Source of the DNA: Bugula neritina
Taxonomy: Eukaryota > Animalia > Bryozoa
Direction: 5' to 3'
DNA length: 24,391 nt
NCBI GenBank assembly: GCA_964035545.1
Contig: CAXIUT010000272.1
Span: forward strand, 40,529 to 64,919
Positions 9,009 to 22,743 of the stretch are shown in pieces (positions within the stretch are counted from its first letter, which is position 1; every line of letters begins with the position of its first letter). The position numbers were made by a program, and so were the translations under genes. The notes under the pieces are model-generated. The model searched no databases. It saw nothing but the letters and a program-made list of their open reading frames with translations, and was not told the origin of the DNA.

Positions 9009-12000
9009 ATGATCCAATCCTCCATAATCATGATACTTTTTTTCTTCATGATTCAAGTTGTAATGCCCACCTGCTACTCCTACTGCGATACGAATTAATG
9101 TACAGGTTACTGTGATACTTGTTGCACAGGTTGTCATAATTTCATGACATTAGTTAATGGAAGATGCGTAACAAGTTATCCTGATGAGGATACATTTTAG
9201 AATGTAGGTTATAACTGGTCTCAAACTACATCGGGATTAGTTCAGAGTTTATAAAATTATGATAGAAGTATCATTTCTACTAATGCTATTGACTTCGGAT
9301 GGACAACATCTGGCATTACTCTCGAACTTTAAGCAACTGGAGTTAACCATAAAATTATTATAAATGTGATTTTACCTATCCACTATCAACTAGGTATAAG
9401 AATGATGTTCGAATTAGGTACTTCTCCCAATTGTGTGTAAAATTTTGTAAAATACGATGTGGCTTCATTAGCTATTAGTAGGTCGATAAAAGTTATCAAT
9501 AACTAAGGTCTACACTTACTTTATGAACATACAGAAATAAATTAAACACTAGCAATAACAAATTATATAGATAACAACTACGATTGCACTAATATAACAC
9601 TCATGGATTTTACCGTTTATGTTTATCGCTGTCGTTAATATTGCATTGTATGTGATTCTTATTATTCATAGTGTATAACTTGTGGAACTACTGAAAATGG
9701 CACTCAAACTTACAAACGCAACAATGAATGTACTATCACCTGTTCAACCAGCTACTATAATAATGGCTCTTATTCTTGTGACTTATGTGATTTAGCATGT
9801 GTTCGTTGCTAAGATTCCACATCAACAAACTGTTCATAGTGCAATAACAACGGAGGCTACTTCTTCTAGTATAACTCAACCACTAGTTGTGTTAACTCAT
9901 GTGAAAGCAATCAAGTTGCAGCTGGATCACCAATGGCATGTCAGATATGCGATACTACATGTCTAACTTGTTCTGTTAATACCAGTTATTGCACTACTTG
10001 CTCAACTGATAATGGACAACAACTCTACTTAGATAGCAACAATGCATGCATTTATCCATGCCTAGTCAATTACCTATCAGTATCTGGCTCTTATTATTGT
10101 GATCAATGTCATATAGCGTGTTTAACCTGCACAACTAGCAACTCCTCAACTAGTTGTACCAGTTGTAATTAAGCTGATGGTTATAATTTCTAGGTTAACT
10201 CCACATCATCTTGTATTCAAGGATGTCCAATTGGTCAGTCTGCCTCGGGATCACCATTAGTTTGTATAGTTTGTAATATTAATTGCCTCACTTGTAGTTA
10301 AATTGCTACTAACTGCATTTCTTGTGGCATTTTATCAGGAAATCAATCTTATCTAGACTTTAGCAGCAATACTTGTATTACTACATGTAGTCAAAACTAT
10401 CTAGTAAACTCGTCATGGTCTCAATGCGATCAATGTGACCAGGCTTGTTAGACTTGTAGTGTAGCCAACTCCAGTACTGATTGTATCAGTTGTAAATCAG
10501 GGATAACTTTGCATACAACTCAACTACTTCTTGCATTTCTGGTTGTCCTGATGGCTAGTATGTAGGTGGAACTCCTTAAACTTGTCTTCTCTGTGATAGT
10601 AATTGCAGTACTTGTGCCACTACTTCAACTACTTGTACTTCTTGTGGCACTAACACGACAGGAAATCAATCTTATCTTGACTAAATTGGAGCTTACTGTG
10701 TTTCTACTTGTTCTAACTACTATGAGAATGCCACAGTCTTTCCATTTTATGTCTGCGATACTTGTCATACTGACTGCCTTCGTTGCAATCAACCTTACTC
10801 CAACACATCATGCACTGATTGTGATAATACTGCAGGATATGTTTTGAGTTCGTCTTCTTAATGTATTCAAGGGTGTCCAAGTGAATAGTATTCAACAGGC
10901 TCACCACTAACTTGTCAACCTTGTTCCCCTAACTGTCTCACCTGTAGTGTTGTTAGTAGTAACTGCACCAGTTGTGATCCCTCAACTAGTAATAATCTTC
11001 TTACTCCTTCAGCAACTTGTTCATCAACTTGTCCTACTTCTTATTATGCGAATACCTCAACCTTATTGTGTTAGTCTTGTGATGTCAAGTGTAGTAGTTG
11101 TACTGGACCATTGGATACTCAATGTAGTTCGTGTAGTACCATAACTGACCTAGTCACAAACTCAAATACCACTTACTATCTTTAGAATGGAGGATCAACT
11201 TGTGCAAGTACTTGTCCTGATGGACAGTTCATCGATAATAGTCAACCTAATTACTGTTAACTCTGCGATAATAATTGTCTTACTTGTAGTCTAATTGCTA
11301 CTAACTGCACTTCTTGTGGTACTAACACGACAGGAAATCAAACTTATCTTGACTAAGTTGGAGCTTACTGTGTTTCTACTTGTTCTAACTACTATGAGAA
11401 TGCCACAGTCTTTCCATTTTATGTCTGCAATACTTGTCATGCTGACTGCCTTCGTTGCAATCAACCTTACTCCAACACATCATGCACTGATTGTGATAAT
11501 ACTGCAGGATATGTTTTGAGTTCGTCTTCTTAATGCATTCAAGGGTGTCCAAGTGAATAGTATTCAACAGGCTCACCACTAGCTTGTCAACCCTGTTCCC
11601 CTAACTGTCTCACCTGTAGTGTTGTTAGTAGTAACTGCACCAGTTGTGATCCCTCAACTAGTAATAATCTTCTTACTCCTTCAGCAACTTGCTCATCAAC
11701 TTGTCCCACTTCTTACTATGCGAATACCTCAGCCTTATTGTGTTAGTCTTGTGATGTCAAGTGTAGTAGTTGTACTGGACCATAGAGTACTCAATGTAGT
11801 TAGTGTAGTAGCATAACTGACCCAGTCACAAACTCAACTACCATTTACTATCTTTAGAATGGAGGATCAACTTGTGCAAGTACTTGTCCTGATGGACAGT
11901 TCATAGACAACAGTCAACCTAACTACTGTCAACTATGCGATAGTAACTGTCTTACTTGTAATATTTCAAGTACTTCTTGCCTTACTTGTGCTAGTAATCT

Positions 12001-13957
12001 ATTACTTTACAATAATACTTGTCTTTCATCTTGTCCTAACACTGCTTACACTTATAATGGAGTTTGTTATGAGAGTTGTCCTGATGGATTAGTTGGAACT
12101 TCAGGAACAAGCCCAACTTGTTAAGCCTGTGCTTCTGGTAGTTCTTGTATTAGAGGTTTTCAAGTGAGTATTTTAGTCATCAATAAAGGGAAAAACTATG
12201 AACTTAAAATATCACTATCTCAAGGAATAAGCTAAAATTCATCAGCTACATAAATTATAAATGGAATAATAGTTTAATTGGTGACAGCTGATACTCGTTT
12301 ACTTCTATCAACTGTTTCTCTAAATGTTTAGTCTCTAACTATTAGTAGTGATAGGACTTTTTTGACTATTTTGACTAACTACGATGAAGCTAATCTCTGG
12401 GCGACTAGTATCTCAGTTACTTTTCAAGCAGGTATTCTTCTGACATCAGATGGTTTGACTTACAACCAACTCACTGGCACTTTTAGTCTAAGTAATCCTT
12501 CTTTTCTCGACTCTTACTATTATGTCTTTTACAATAACATCAATCTCTACATAGAAGGCATTATCTTTACTTGTATGAGCTTTGTCTTTTTGATTTTGGC
12601 TATTTTCCTTTTAAAAGACAATAAACTTATAGCTGAGTGTATGTCTTTTGTCATGATGGTTCAGATCTTTGGATTGTCTAGAATCAGATAGTTTCCTATT
12701 GACTTTCAGTTCTTTGATGTAGTCAAAGGTTATAGTTTCTATGAGTTAGACTTCATTCCGAACTTATTCTAAACTATCCTCAAGAAAGTAAGTTATTCTG
12801 AAGTAGCAATTGACTCAGCAGTCTTTGTCTATGGAACTCAGAACTTACTCTATAACTTTGGAAGTTTCATAGAAGTCTTTATTTTGGTCTAGGTAGTTCT
12901 TTGGACTTTCTTTTTGGTCTTTTACTATCAATAAAACAACCTGAGAAAAGAACAATGCAAATAACTGCATAATCACTTGTTGGCTTACTCTTCTGTTATT
13001 ATAGTTTTTGGATGTTTTCTTTGTTTATTAAGTACTTAAAACAACACAACCACATCAACTAACTTGGCTTATACTTTTACTATTATGATTTCTATTATAA
13101 TTTGTCTAGGTTATGGACTTTACTATATCTTTATGGTCAAAGATAATCTCAAACTTTAGCTCTATCAGATTAACAACTTGTTCAGAGTTATTGGAATCCT
13201 TCTAATAGTTTATGGAAAAAATTATTACATTATCTTTTTCAGTTTTTAAGAGTTCATTTTTATTTTTGGTGACATGTGGTTTTATCATTCTTAGAAAATA
13301 AATAAACATCTTTATCTTTTGGAAAGAATACTTTACATTTTTGTTATTTACACTTATCTTCTTGAGTTAGAGTACTTGACTCTTTTGATTTGTGCAGGAA
13401 TTGGTTTTGGTATAATCACTCTTATAAAAATTTATTATATTATTATAATTTTTATGAAATTGTTACAAGCTGAAGATATAAAAGAAGAAGAAATAGACGA
13501 TATTACAAAGAAAGTTGTGGATATGCGATTAATAGTAGAACTTAATCTTGAAAAAAGTTAAGAGTCAGAAAGTGAAAAAAATAGTCAAATTTCCTTAAAT
13601 AAAATTCTAAATGTAAACTCAAGTGCTACATTATTGTAACCATCTTTAGTATTTTAAGATAAATATTAAGAAAAATAAAAAGAAAATGATTAAGAAATAA
13701 ATAATTTTGGTGATAAAGTTTAAGATATGCCTCAAGAAATAAAAAGAGTCAAAAGAAAATAAATAACTTCAAGGATATAGCCATTAATTATTCAACCTAA
13801 AGAAAATAATGAGCATATTTAAGAGGTATTTTTACCAAAAGTAGAAATAATCTAATCAAAATAAGAGAAGGAAGTAGCTAGCTTTGTTTAGGTAGAAATT
13901 AAAAGTGAAGAGAGTGAAGAGAGTGAAGGTAGTCAAGGAATGGAAAGTTATTTCTGA
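9009..13957 (+). CDS. Cys-rich furin-like-repeat, multi-pass transmembrane surface protein, paralog 1 (~1649 aa; apparent 1-nt deletion at ~10503)
   Basis: Signal-like MIQSSIIMILFFFMIQVVMP, dozens of CxxC..CxxC repeats (~9630-12150), a multi-TM block (~12550-13455), a charged tail, and TGA 13955-13957. The frame changes at TCAGGGATAAC. Confidence 0.85.
10637..11960 (+). repeat. Intragenic tandem duplication, 672-bp period (224 aa): ~10637-11288 and ~11309-11960
   Basis: Near-identical sequence at offset 672, also visible in ORF-track pairs 10713/11385 and 10947/11619. Confidence 0.92.
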
Positions 13958-14176
13958 AAATTTGATCGAAAAAAAAATATTTATAAGTACTATTTGAATT
14001 ATCAATATTATCTAATATATATTTATTAAGGATGTTGTCCTTATATATGTGTGACAATTGAAAGTTGATGAAAGAAGATTTTGACATGGCTAAGTGGAAA
14101 GAACTTTATAGAGGTATCTTCCCTATTATCAAAAGAATTTGAATAAATTTGAATAAAGTCTATTTTCGACTGTTCA

Positions 14177-14600
14177 CTGATAGTTAGTAAATTAGGTCAA
14201 GGTCGGGAAAGAATTTGGGCAGGTTTAAAATTTAGATTATTCATTAGCTATCAAGTACAACTTGTAAATTAATAGGTAGATAATAGTATTCGTAATAAAA
14301 TGAATTAAGTATTGGAATAAAGAATTGCGAAAATATATCTATGAAGAGATTAATAAGTTGTTTAATTATCAACTATAAATTATGATAGAGTAATTTAGAT
14401 ATCACGAACCTCATTTTTGAAGAGTAAAGAAAAATCATTGGTTAAACTTGAAAGATCAATGAAAAAATAAATAAATAAAAACATAGATTTGAATTAGTTT
14501 GAATGAAAAGTTAACTGGTAGACAATCTCTTCTTGAAAAAGATAATACTTATAATTTATTTAGTATTTTTTATCTACATCTATTGATAAAGAAGAATATT
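14177..14600 (-). pseudogene. Diverged, disrupted copy of the 8563-8973 region
   Basis: Shared blocks (ctgatagtt..aaatt.gg; ttgaagagtaa.gaaaaatcattg; tattgataaaga). Peptide DLSSLTNDFSLLFK is present, but there are frameshifts and TGAs. Confidence 0.3.
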
Positions 14601-14659
14601 AAATCAATAACTACATTTAATATTGAGTTAATTAATCAATTTATATCAATAAAACTACA

Positions 14660-17600
14660 ATGTTGCAGTCCTCCATAATCATGATACTTTTTTTCTTCAT
14701 GATTCAAGCTGTAATGCCCACCTGCTACTCCTATTGCGATACTAATCAATGTACAGGTTACTGCGATACTTGTTGCACTGATTGTCGTAGCTTCATGACA
14801 TTAGATAATGGAAGATGCATTCCAAGTAATGCTGACTAGTAGGCATTTTAGAATGTGGGTTATAACTGGTCTCAAACTACATCGGGATTAGTCCAGAGTT
14901 TATAAAATTATGATAGAAGTATTATTTCTACTAATGCTATTGACTTCGGATGGACAACATCTGGCATTACTCTCGAACTTTAAGCAACTGGAATTAACCA
15001 TCAAATTAGTATAAATATAATTTTACCTATCCACTATACACTAAGTATAAGAATGATGTTCGAATTAGGTACTTCTCCAAATTGTGTGTAAAATTTTGTT
15101 AAACTCGATGTGGCTTCAATAGTATAAAGCAAAATGACAAAAGTTTAGGATAACTAAGGTCAATATTTACTTTTTTCCCATACAGAAATCAATTAAACAC
15201 TAACAATTAAAAATTATAAAGATTTTAACAACGATTGCACAAATATAACACTCATGGATTTTACTATTTTGGTACAACGTTGTGGTTAGTATTGTGCTGT
15301 TTGTACTTCTTATACAAAGTGTACAACTTGTGGAACTACTGACAATGGCACTCAAACCTACAAACTCAACAATGCATGTTCTATCACCTGTCCAACCAGC
15401 TACTATAATAATGGCTCTTATTTTTGTGACTTATGTGATTTAGCATGTGTTCGTTGCTAAGATTCCACATCAACAAACTGTTCATAGTGCAATAACAACG
15501 GAGGCTACTTCTTCTAGTACAACTCAACCACTAGTTGTGTTAACTCATGTGAAAGCAATCAAGTTGCAACTGGATCACCAATGGCATGTCAGATATGCGA
15601 TACTACATGTCTAACTTGTTCTGCTAATACCAGTTATTGCACTACTTGCTCAACTGATAATGGACAACAACTCTACTTAGATAGCAACAATGCATGCATT
15701 TATCCTTGCCTAGTCAATTACCTATCAGTATCTGGCTCTTATTATTGTGATCAATGTCATATAGCGTGTTTAACCTGCACAACTAGCAACTCCTCAACTA
15801 GTTGTACCAGTTGTAATTAAGCTGATGGTTATAATTTCTAGGTTAACTCCACATCATCTTGTATTCAAGGATGTCCAATTAGTCAGTCTGCCTCGGGATC
15901 ACCATTAGTTTGTATAGTTTGTTCCCCTAACTGTCTCACCTGTAGTGTTGTTAGTAGTAACTGCACCAGTTGTGATCCCTCAACTAGTAATAATTTTCTC
16001 ACTCCTTCAGCAACCTGTTCATCAACTTGTCCAACTTCCTACTATGGAAATAATTCTACCTCATTGTGCTAGTCTTGTGATGTCAAGTGTAGTAGTTGTA
16101 CTGGACCAATGAATACTCAATGTAGTTAGTGTAGTACCATAACTGACCCAGTCACAAACTCAACTACCATTTACTATCTTTAAAATGGAGGATCAACTTG
16201 TGCAAGTACTTGTCCTGATGGACAGTTCACCGATAGCAGTCAACCTAACTACTGTCAACTATGCGATAGCAACTGTCTTACTTGCAATATTTCAAGTACT
16301 TCTTGCCTTACTTGTGCTAGTAATCTATTACTTTACAATAATACTTGTCTTTCATCTTGTCCTAACACTGCTTACACTTATAATGGAGTATGTTATGAGA
16401 GTTGTCCTGATGGATTAGTTGGAACTTCAGGAACAACACCAACTTGTTAAGTCTGTGCTTCTGGTAGTTCTTGTATTAGAGGCTTTCAAGTGAATACTCT
16501 AGTCATCAATGAAGGGAAAAACTATGAACTTAAAATATTACTGCCTCAAGGAATAAGCTAAAATTCATCAGCTACATAAATTATGAATGGAATAATAGTT
16601 TAATTGGTGACAGCTGATACTCGTTTACTTCTATCAACTGTTTCTCTAAATGTTTAGTCTCTAACTATCAGTAGTGATAGGACTTTTTTGACTATTTTGA
16701 CTAACTACAATGAAGCTAATCTCTGGGCGACTAGTATCTCAGTTACTTTTCAAGCAGGTATTCTTCTGACATCAGATGGTTTGACTTACAACCAACTCAC
16801 TGGCACTTTTAGTCTAAGTAATCCTTCTTTTCTCGACTCTTACTATTATGTCTTTTACAATAACATCAATCTCTACATCGAAGGCATTGTCTTTACTTGT
16901 GCTAGCTTTGTCTTTTTGATTTTGGCTATTTTCCTTTTGAAAGATAATAAACTTATCGCTGAGTGTATGTCTTTTGTCATGATGGTTCAGATCTTTGGAT
17001 TGTCTAGAGTCAGATAGTTTCCTATTGATTTTCAGTTCTTTAATGTAGTCAAAGGTTATAGTTTTTATGAGTTAGACTTCATTCCGAACTTATTCTAAAC
17101 TATCCTCAAGAAAGTAAGTTATTCTGAAGTAGCGATTGACTCAGCAGTCTTTGTCTATGGAACTCAGAACTTACTCTATAACTTTGGAAGTTTCATAGAA
17201 ATATTTATTTTGGTCTAGGTAGTTCTTTGGACTTTCTTTTTGGTCTTTTACTATAAACAAAACAACCTGAGAAAAGAACAATGCAAGGCTCTACATAATC
17301 ACTTGTTAGCTTACTCTTCTGTTATTATAGTTTTTGGATGTTTTCTTTGTTTATTAAGTACTCAAAACAACACAACCACATCAACTAACTTGGCTTATAC
17401 TTTTACTATTATGATTTCTATTATAATTTGTCTAGGTTATGGTCTTTACTATATCTTTATGGTAAAAGATAATCTCAAACTTTAACTCTATCAGATTAAC
17501 AACTTGTTCAGAGTTATTGGAATCCTTCTAATAGTTTACGGAAAAAATTATTACATTATCTTTTTCACCTTTGAAGAGTTCATTTTTATCTTTGGTGACA

Positions 17601-18271
17601 TGTGGTTTTATCATTCTTAGAAAATAAATAAACATCTTTATCTTTTGGAAAGAATACTTTACATTTTTGTTATTTACACTTCTCTTCTTGAGTTAGAGTA
17701 CTTGACTCTTTTGATTTGTGCAGGAATTGGTTTTGGGATAATCGCTCTTATAAAACTCTATTATGTTATTATAAGTATTGTGAAGTGGTGTTAAGTTGAA
17801 GATATAAAAGAAGAAATAAAAGATATTACAAAAAAAGTTGTAAAAAAACGGTTAATAGCAGAACTTAATATCAAAAAAGGCTAAGAGTAAAAAAGTGAAC
17901 ACAGTAGTCAACTTTAATTAAATAAAATTATAAATATTAACTCAAATGCTACATTATTATAACCATCTTTAGTATTTCAAGATAAATATTAAGAAAAATA
18001 AAAAGAAAATGATTAAGAAATAAATAATTTTGGTGATAAAGATTAAGATTTGCCTCAAGAAATAAATAGAGTCAAAAGAAAATAAATAACTTCAAGGATG
18101 TAGCCATTAATTATTTAACCTAAAGAAAATAATGAACATATTTAAGAAGTATTTTTATCAAAAGTAGAAATTATTTAATCCAAATAAGAAAAGGAAGAAG
18201 CTAGCTTTGTTTAGGCAGAATTTTAAAGTGAAGAGAGTGAAGGTAGTCAAGGAATGGAAAGTCATTTCTGA
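14660..18271 (+). CDS. Cys-rich furin-like-repeat multi-pass surface protein, paralog 2 (1203 aa, intact)
   Basis: One frame from MLQSSIIMILFFFMIQAVMP to GMESHF-TGA. Highly similar to 9009-13957 but lacks ~1322 bp of repeats. Confidence 0.9.
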
Positions 18272-18436
18272 AAATTGGATTGAAAAAACAAAATATTTAT
18301 AAGTATTATTTGAGTTATTAAATTTATTTTCATAAGATTGATTAATAAATAGATAACAAAAAATATTTTATTTTTATTCTATTTCTAAACTTTTTGAAAT
18401 ATTTAAGATGTTTTATTTCTATCAATCCTTAAGAGG

Positions 18437-18584
<148 letters not shown>

Positions 18585-19299
18585 AATTATATTAAACTTG
18601 AAAAGATAGAATTTTGTAAAAGATAAATTATTTTCATCATTAAATAGAAATATGTTTGTTCAAATAGTATTTAGTTCCACTAGGACTCTCTTTAAGGTTT
18701 ACATTTTTCATTCATAACTTATCTCTTATTTTCTGAAGTAACATCAAAACATAGTTAATAATTGTTTTTCTTTTTAATTCTTTTAAATAGGGTTAGTTCT
18801 TCAATATATCAGGACTCATATTTTTTTTTTGGAAAAAATATCGAAAAATATAGTGCTTAGAGTGAAATATATAATTTTATTTTTCATAATAAAAAGGCTA
18901 CACTCGAAGCCAATATGATTATTAAATAAAATAAGTAAAAATTATAAAAATCTAATTTTGTGTTTTTTAGATAGTCTATAAAAACTTAATTAAAATTTAG
19001 ATCATTTATTCAATAATATTCCTGAATATGAATAAATTAAGAAAGAGAATTAAAATTATTGATCGTTTCAACCAGATAACGATTTCTTTAATGATGATTT
19101 AAAAAAAAAATTATTTCAATGATATTGTCATTAAAATTAATCAAAAAATATTCATCGAAAACAAATTTTTAAAACAATAATGTTATAAATCATCCATAGA
19201 ATCTGATTTTTAATATTTTAAGAATAATCATTTAGTTTCAATAGAATATTACTTCAAATAATTTAAAATAAATCATAATTTAATATAAATATTTCAGAA

Positions 19300-20925
19300 T
19301 CATTCTTTTTATTCTTAAAGATAAGTTATTCTGCCTTGAGATTCACAGTTTCGGTAAAAATAGTCAAAATGGTCATCTCTTGGAATATAATATGTATTTA
19401 TCAATTGGGTCATCTCTTCAATCATTTATTATTAATCTTAGTGCTGACGACTATAATATCCGTGAACATAGAACAACGATCCTTATCTTTTTGAAAAAGG
19501 CCAAAAACACCCAACCATCTGAACTTTCATCAGTGATTCAAAAGGTTTATACATTTTAATTGATTTTTTTTGAAACTACTTAAAGTAGTCTTTCAAGTGA
19601 TGTAAAATACCTTGCATATAATTTGTCATTTGTTGAGGTTTTCCTCCATATTATTCGATTGTATTACTGATAAAACTATATCCAATATTGTTATTATTTT
19701 GAAACTTATTTAAATTGTTTTGAGGTTTATTTTTTTGATTGAAGTAGGTTTCGATGATAAAGTAAAGTGTTTTCGATGCTAAAATTCCTCTTTAAAAAGC
19801 TTCACATCTATATGCTCCTTTATGTGAATAATTAGCAACTAATAGGTACCAACTTTTCCTTGATAAATCAAAAAATTATAATTGCAATTGTATTTTATGT
19901 GGCTGATCTATTTTTGTTGATATTTATACTATCTAGTTTCTTGAACTAACGATTCCTTTAGGATAGCTTTTAAGAGTGCCAGAGTAGTGTGTATTGGTGC
20001 GAATGACTGGCATATTAGTATGAAAATAATTAGTGTTATTGTCTCCAAAGATTTAGTATATTTTGTAATAAAGCTGAATACTTCTATCTTATCCTGATAG
20101 AATATAGTTTTAATTAAAGGTTAATTTGAGGTCAAAAAGTAATTATAAAGGAGAATCCTGCTTTAAGTCTGATAAAAATAAAGCAATTACGTAAATAGGA
20201 AAAGATAATGCTGCAAACATTAATGGTGTTTTCATAATCAAAACTGAAAAGTAAAAATCTGATAAGTGATGTTTTGAACATACTTTTAAGACATTTTGAA
20301 TTTTTTAAAGAGAAGTTAAAGTTTGTTTATTTTCTTCTCTAATAACTGCAACTGTTTATTTTATTTTTTATATTTTTTAAGAAGACAACTTGCATGCCAA
20401 ATCACTTATTACTTATAGTTAAACGCTTTCAGTTGAAATAAATATCAGCTCAGGCTCTTATTTATCTAAATCTAAAACGCCTATCATTGATCCTACCATA
20501 AAAACAATAATAAATAGAATTTCTGATTATGTTGTTCCATTTAAACTTTGAAACAGCATTTCCAGATCTTACTAAGGCAGCCAAGGATCTATGATCATAA
20601 TGCATCTGACTGTTAACTAATTTTTTTATAAAGGACAGATATAGGAATAGTTTTATGCCCATTTTTCTGTTGATATATGCTCATAACCTGAATAAATCAT
20701 TTGATAATCATTTAGTGAACCACATAGTTCACATTCCTGTGATTTTTTATTAATTTTTAATGAAGACATATCGAAAGGATATGCCTTACAATATTTGCAT
20801 TTCGAATATTTTTATTTCCTAAAAGGGCATTTGTTAATACATTTTGAAATATCAAGGTAGTAAGTTAATTCCTGATATCTATGGACTTTCCAGAAGTCAG
20901 CTTTTAATTCTTAAAGAATGCTCAT
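19300..20925 (-). CDS. Divergent Sec23/Sec24-family (Sec23-like) protein, 541 aa
   Basis: Uninterrupted frame from ATG 20925 to TGA 19302-19300. Zn finger KCKYCKAY...ECELCGSLN, followed by trunk-start motif CIMIIDPWLPEEDLEMLFQSL (Sec23 pattern FVVDTCxxEExLxxLKxSL). Confidence 0.7.
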
Positions 20926-20982
20926 TGAATTATTATTAGCCTATTAATAATATTAATAAAATATGATTAAGTTTAATTTAGA

Positions 20983-22227
20983 TCAACAAAAGGAGCCAAA
21001 CCCAAATATGACTGACAAGTCTTCTCCAGATCTTTTATATTTCAACCATAAGCTATAAGGCAAATATAAAATAGCTAATGTAATTAAAATGAAAAGCAAC
21101 AGTTCAACAAAAGACATTCGATGAATTTTTCTAAGATAATTACTTACAATATAGGAAATAACTACACTCCCAGTCGCAGTAATCGAAAAGAAAAACAAGA
21201 ACTGGCCAATACTCAAAACTCCTAAAAAAATAGCCTGAATCACATTGATACAAGAAGTTGCAAATACAGTAAAAATACAAGTTGAACTTGCCTGAACGGG
21301 TGATAGGTTGAGTTGCCGATATAATCTGGTCAAAAATATTCCTCCTCCATTTCCTAACCCACTCATCATCCCAGCATATATACTTTCTTTGATAAGCATG
21401 TTTTAGTTTTTTGTTATTACATCTTCTTTTTGTTCAAAGAGCTCTTCTCCAAGTGTGGATTATGGAGTAGTCCAGGTCTGAAGGAGACGAAGGTTGCTTC
21501 GATAGAAACCATAAGCCAAAAAGAACAAACCTATTTGAAAGATCCAATATAGAATAGAACAGTTCTTTACCCCTAAAATACTATTAAATCCTTCTGAACC
21601 TCTGAATAGTGATAGAGCTATATAGCATAGAATCAAAAGTAAGATTTGTTGAAATATTTTAATATTGAGGTCTTTATGGAAAGGGTTAATTCTTGTTTCT
21701 TTTACTAATCCACTAGCTCTATCAGCATTTTATGGCAGCAACATTTATTGGGTTTCTCTTCGATATCCATCAATAAAGCGTTGATATATTTTAGGAAGCA
21801 TAGTCAGAGACACAAGTATTATTATTGATACTGTCACAAAACTAGGAAATAGCTTATTTATCATCACTCCCACTATCGAACCTATGAACATCACTGGAAT
21901 AGTCAGAAAAGCATAATTATAGTAAACAACTGGTTCTCCATCTAGAGCTCTTGTCATCTGATTGATCAAATTACCAAAAGATGAGCCACATATACAAGCA
22001 AACACCATTATAGTTGCTGACTTAGGAAAAATATCAAAGCAAAGAATTAGAACAACTACAGCAGGTCCTCCTCCTCCTAAACCTGCCAATGAACTAATAC
22101 CACCTATGCACATTAATGCAATACAACCCATAAAATACGATAAGATAGATATGTCTTAGCTCTCGTAGCCTGGCTGTTCTGTAAAATTTAAGCTTAAGGA
22201 GGGTAATTATAAGTTGTTTTGAATCAT
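20983..22227 (-). CDS. TauE/SafE (TSUP) sulfite-exporter-family membrane protein, 414 aa
   Basis: Joins ORF-track pieces 21745-22131 and 20983-21399 through TAA codons. Two internal-repeat motifs SSLAGLGGGG and AGMMSGLGNGGGIF, many TM helices, and RGS..F.SILG...CS.LYW. Confidence 0.85.
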
Positions 22228-22743
22228 TGTTGTGATTAGAATAATAATGATATTTATTTTTAATTATAATTTAAAATGATAAGTATGAGATAGATAGAAA
22301 TAATAAAAATCAATTTGGGGGATAGTAAAAAAATATTGTTCTTAGATATAATGTCAAAAAAGAAGAATTAGTTCTTTGAATTTTTTATAAAAAAGACAAC
22401 TAAAGTACTTGAAGATGCATCAAGAAATAAACTTTTTTGTTTTAATTTATCTTTTGAAATAAGATAAAAAAAAAAAGGATCAATAATGTTAAGAATTGAT
22501 CATATTAATATCTAAGAAAAAGTGACCTCAAATATAAAGATGATTAAATTATAGATAGAAAAACAAGTTTTAGTTTAAAACAAGAATTCCTAATTTATCA
22601 ACATTTTCTTATTCTAAAGTTATTACTTGTTCCTTCAATTGTTATTAAATTTGTCATAAATATCAATCTATGAACTATTTATAAATAAAAAGTTAGTCTA
22701 TCTTTGATTATTATTGAATAGATTGATTAATAATAATTCTTTT

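Noticed and set aside
10566-11816. Hydrophobic ORF-track ORFs (10566, 10947, 11295, 11619, also 16185) and antisense ORFs 10713/11385
   Set aside because: Out-of-frame or antisense shadows of the Cys-rich CDS.
18600-19260. Short coding-like stretches in the intergenic gap
   Set aside because: No sustained frame or recognisable motif.
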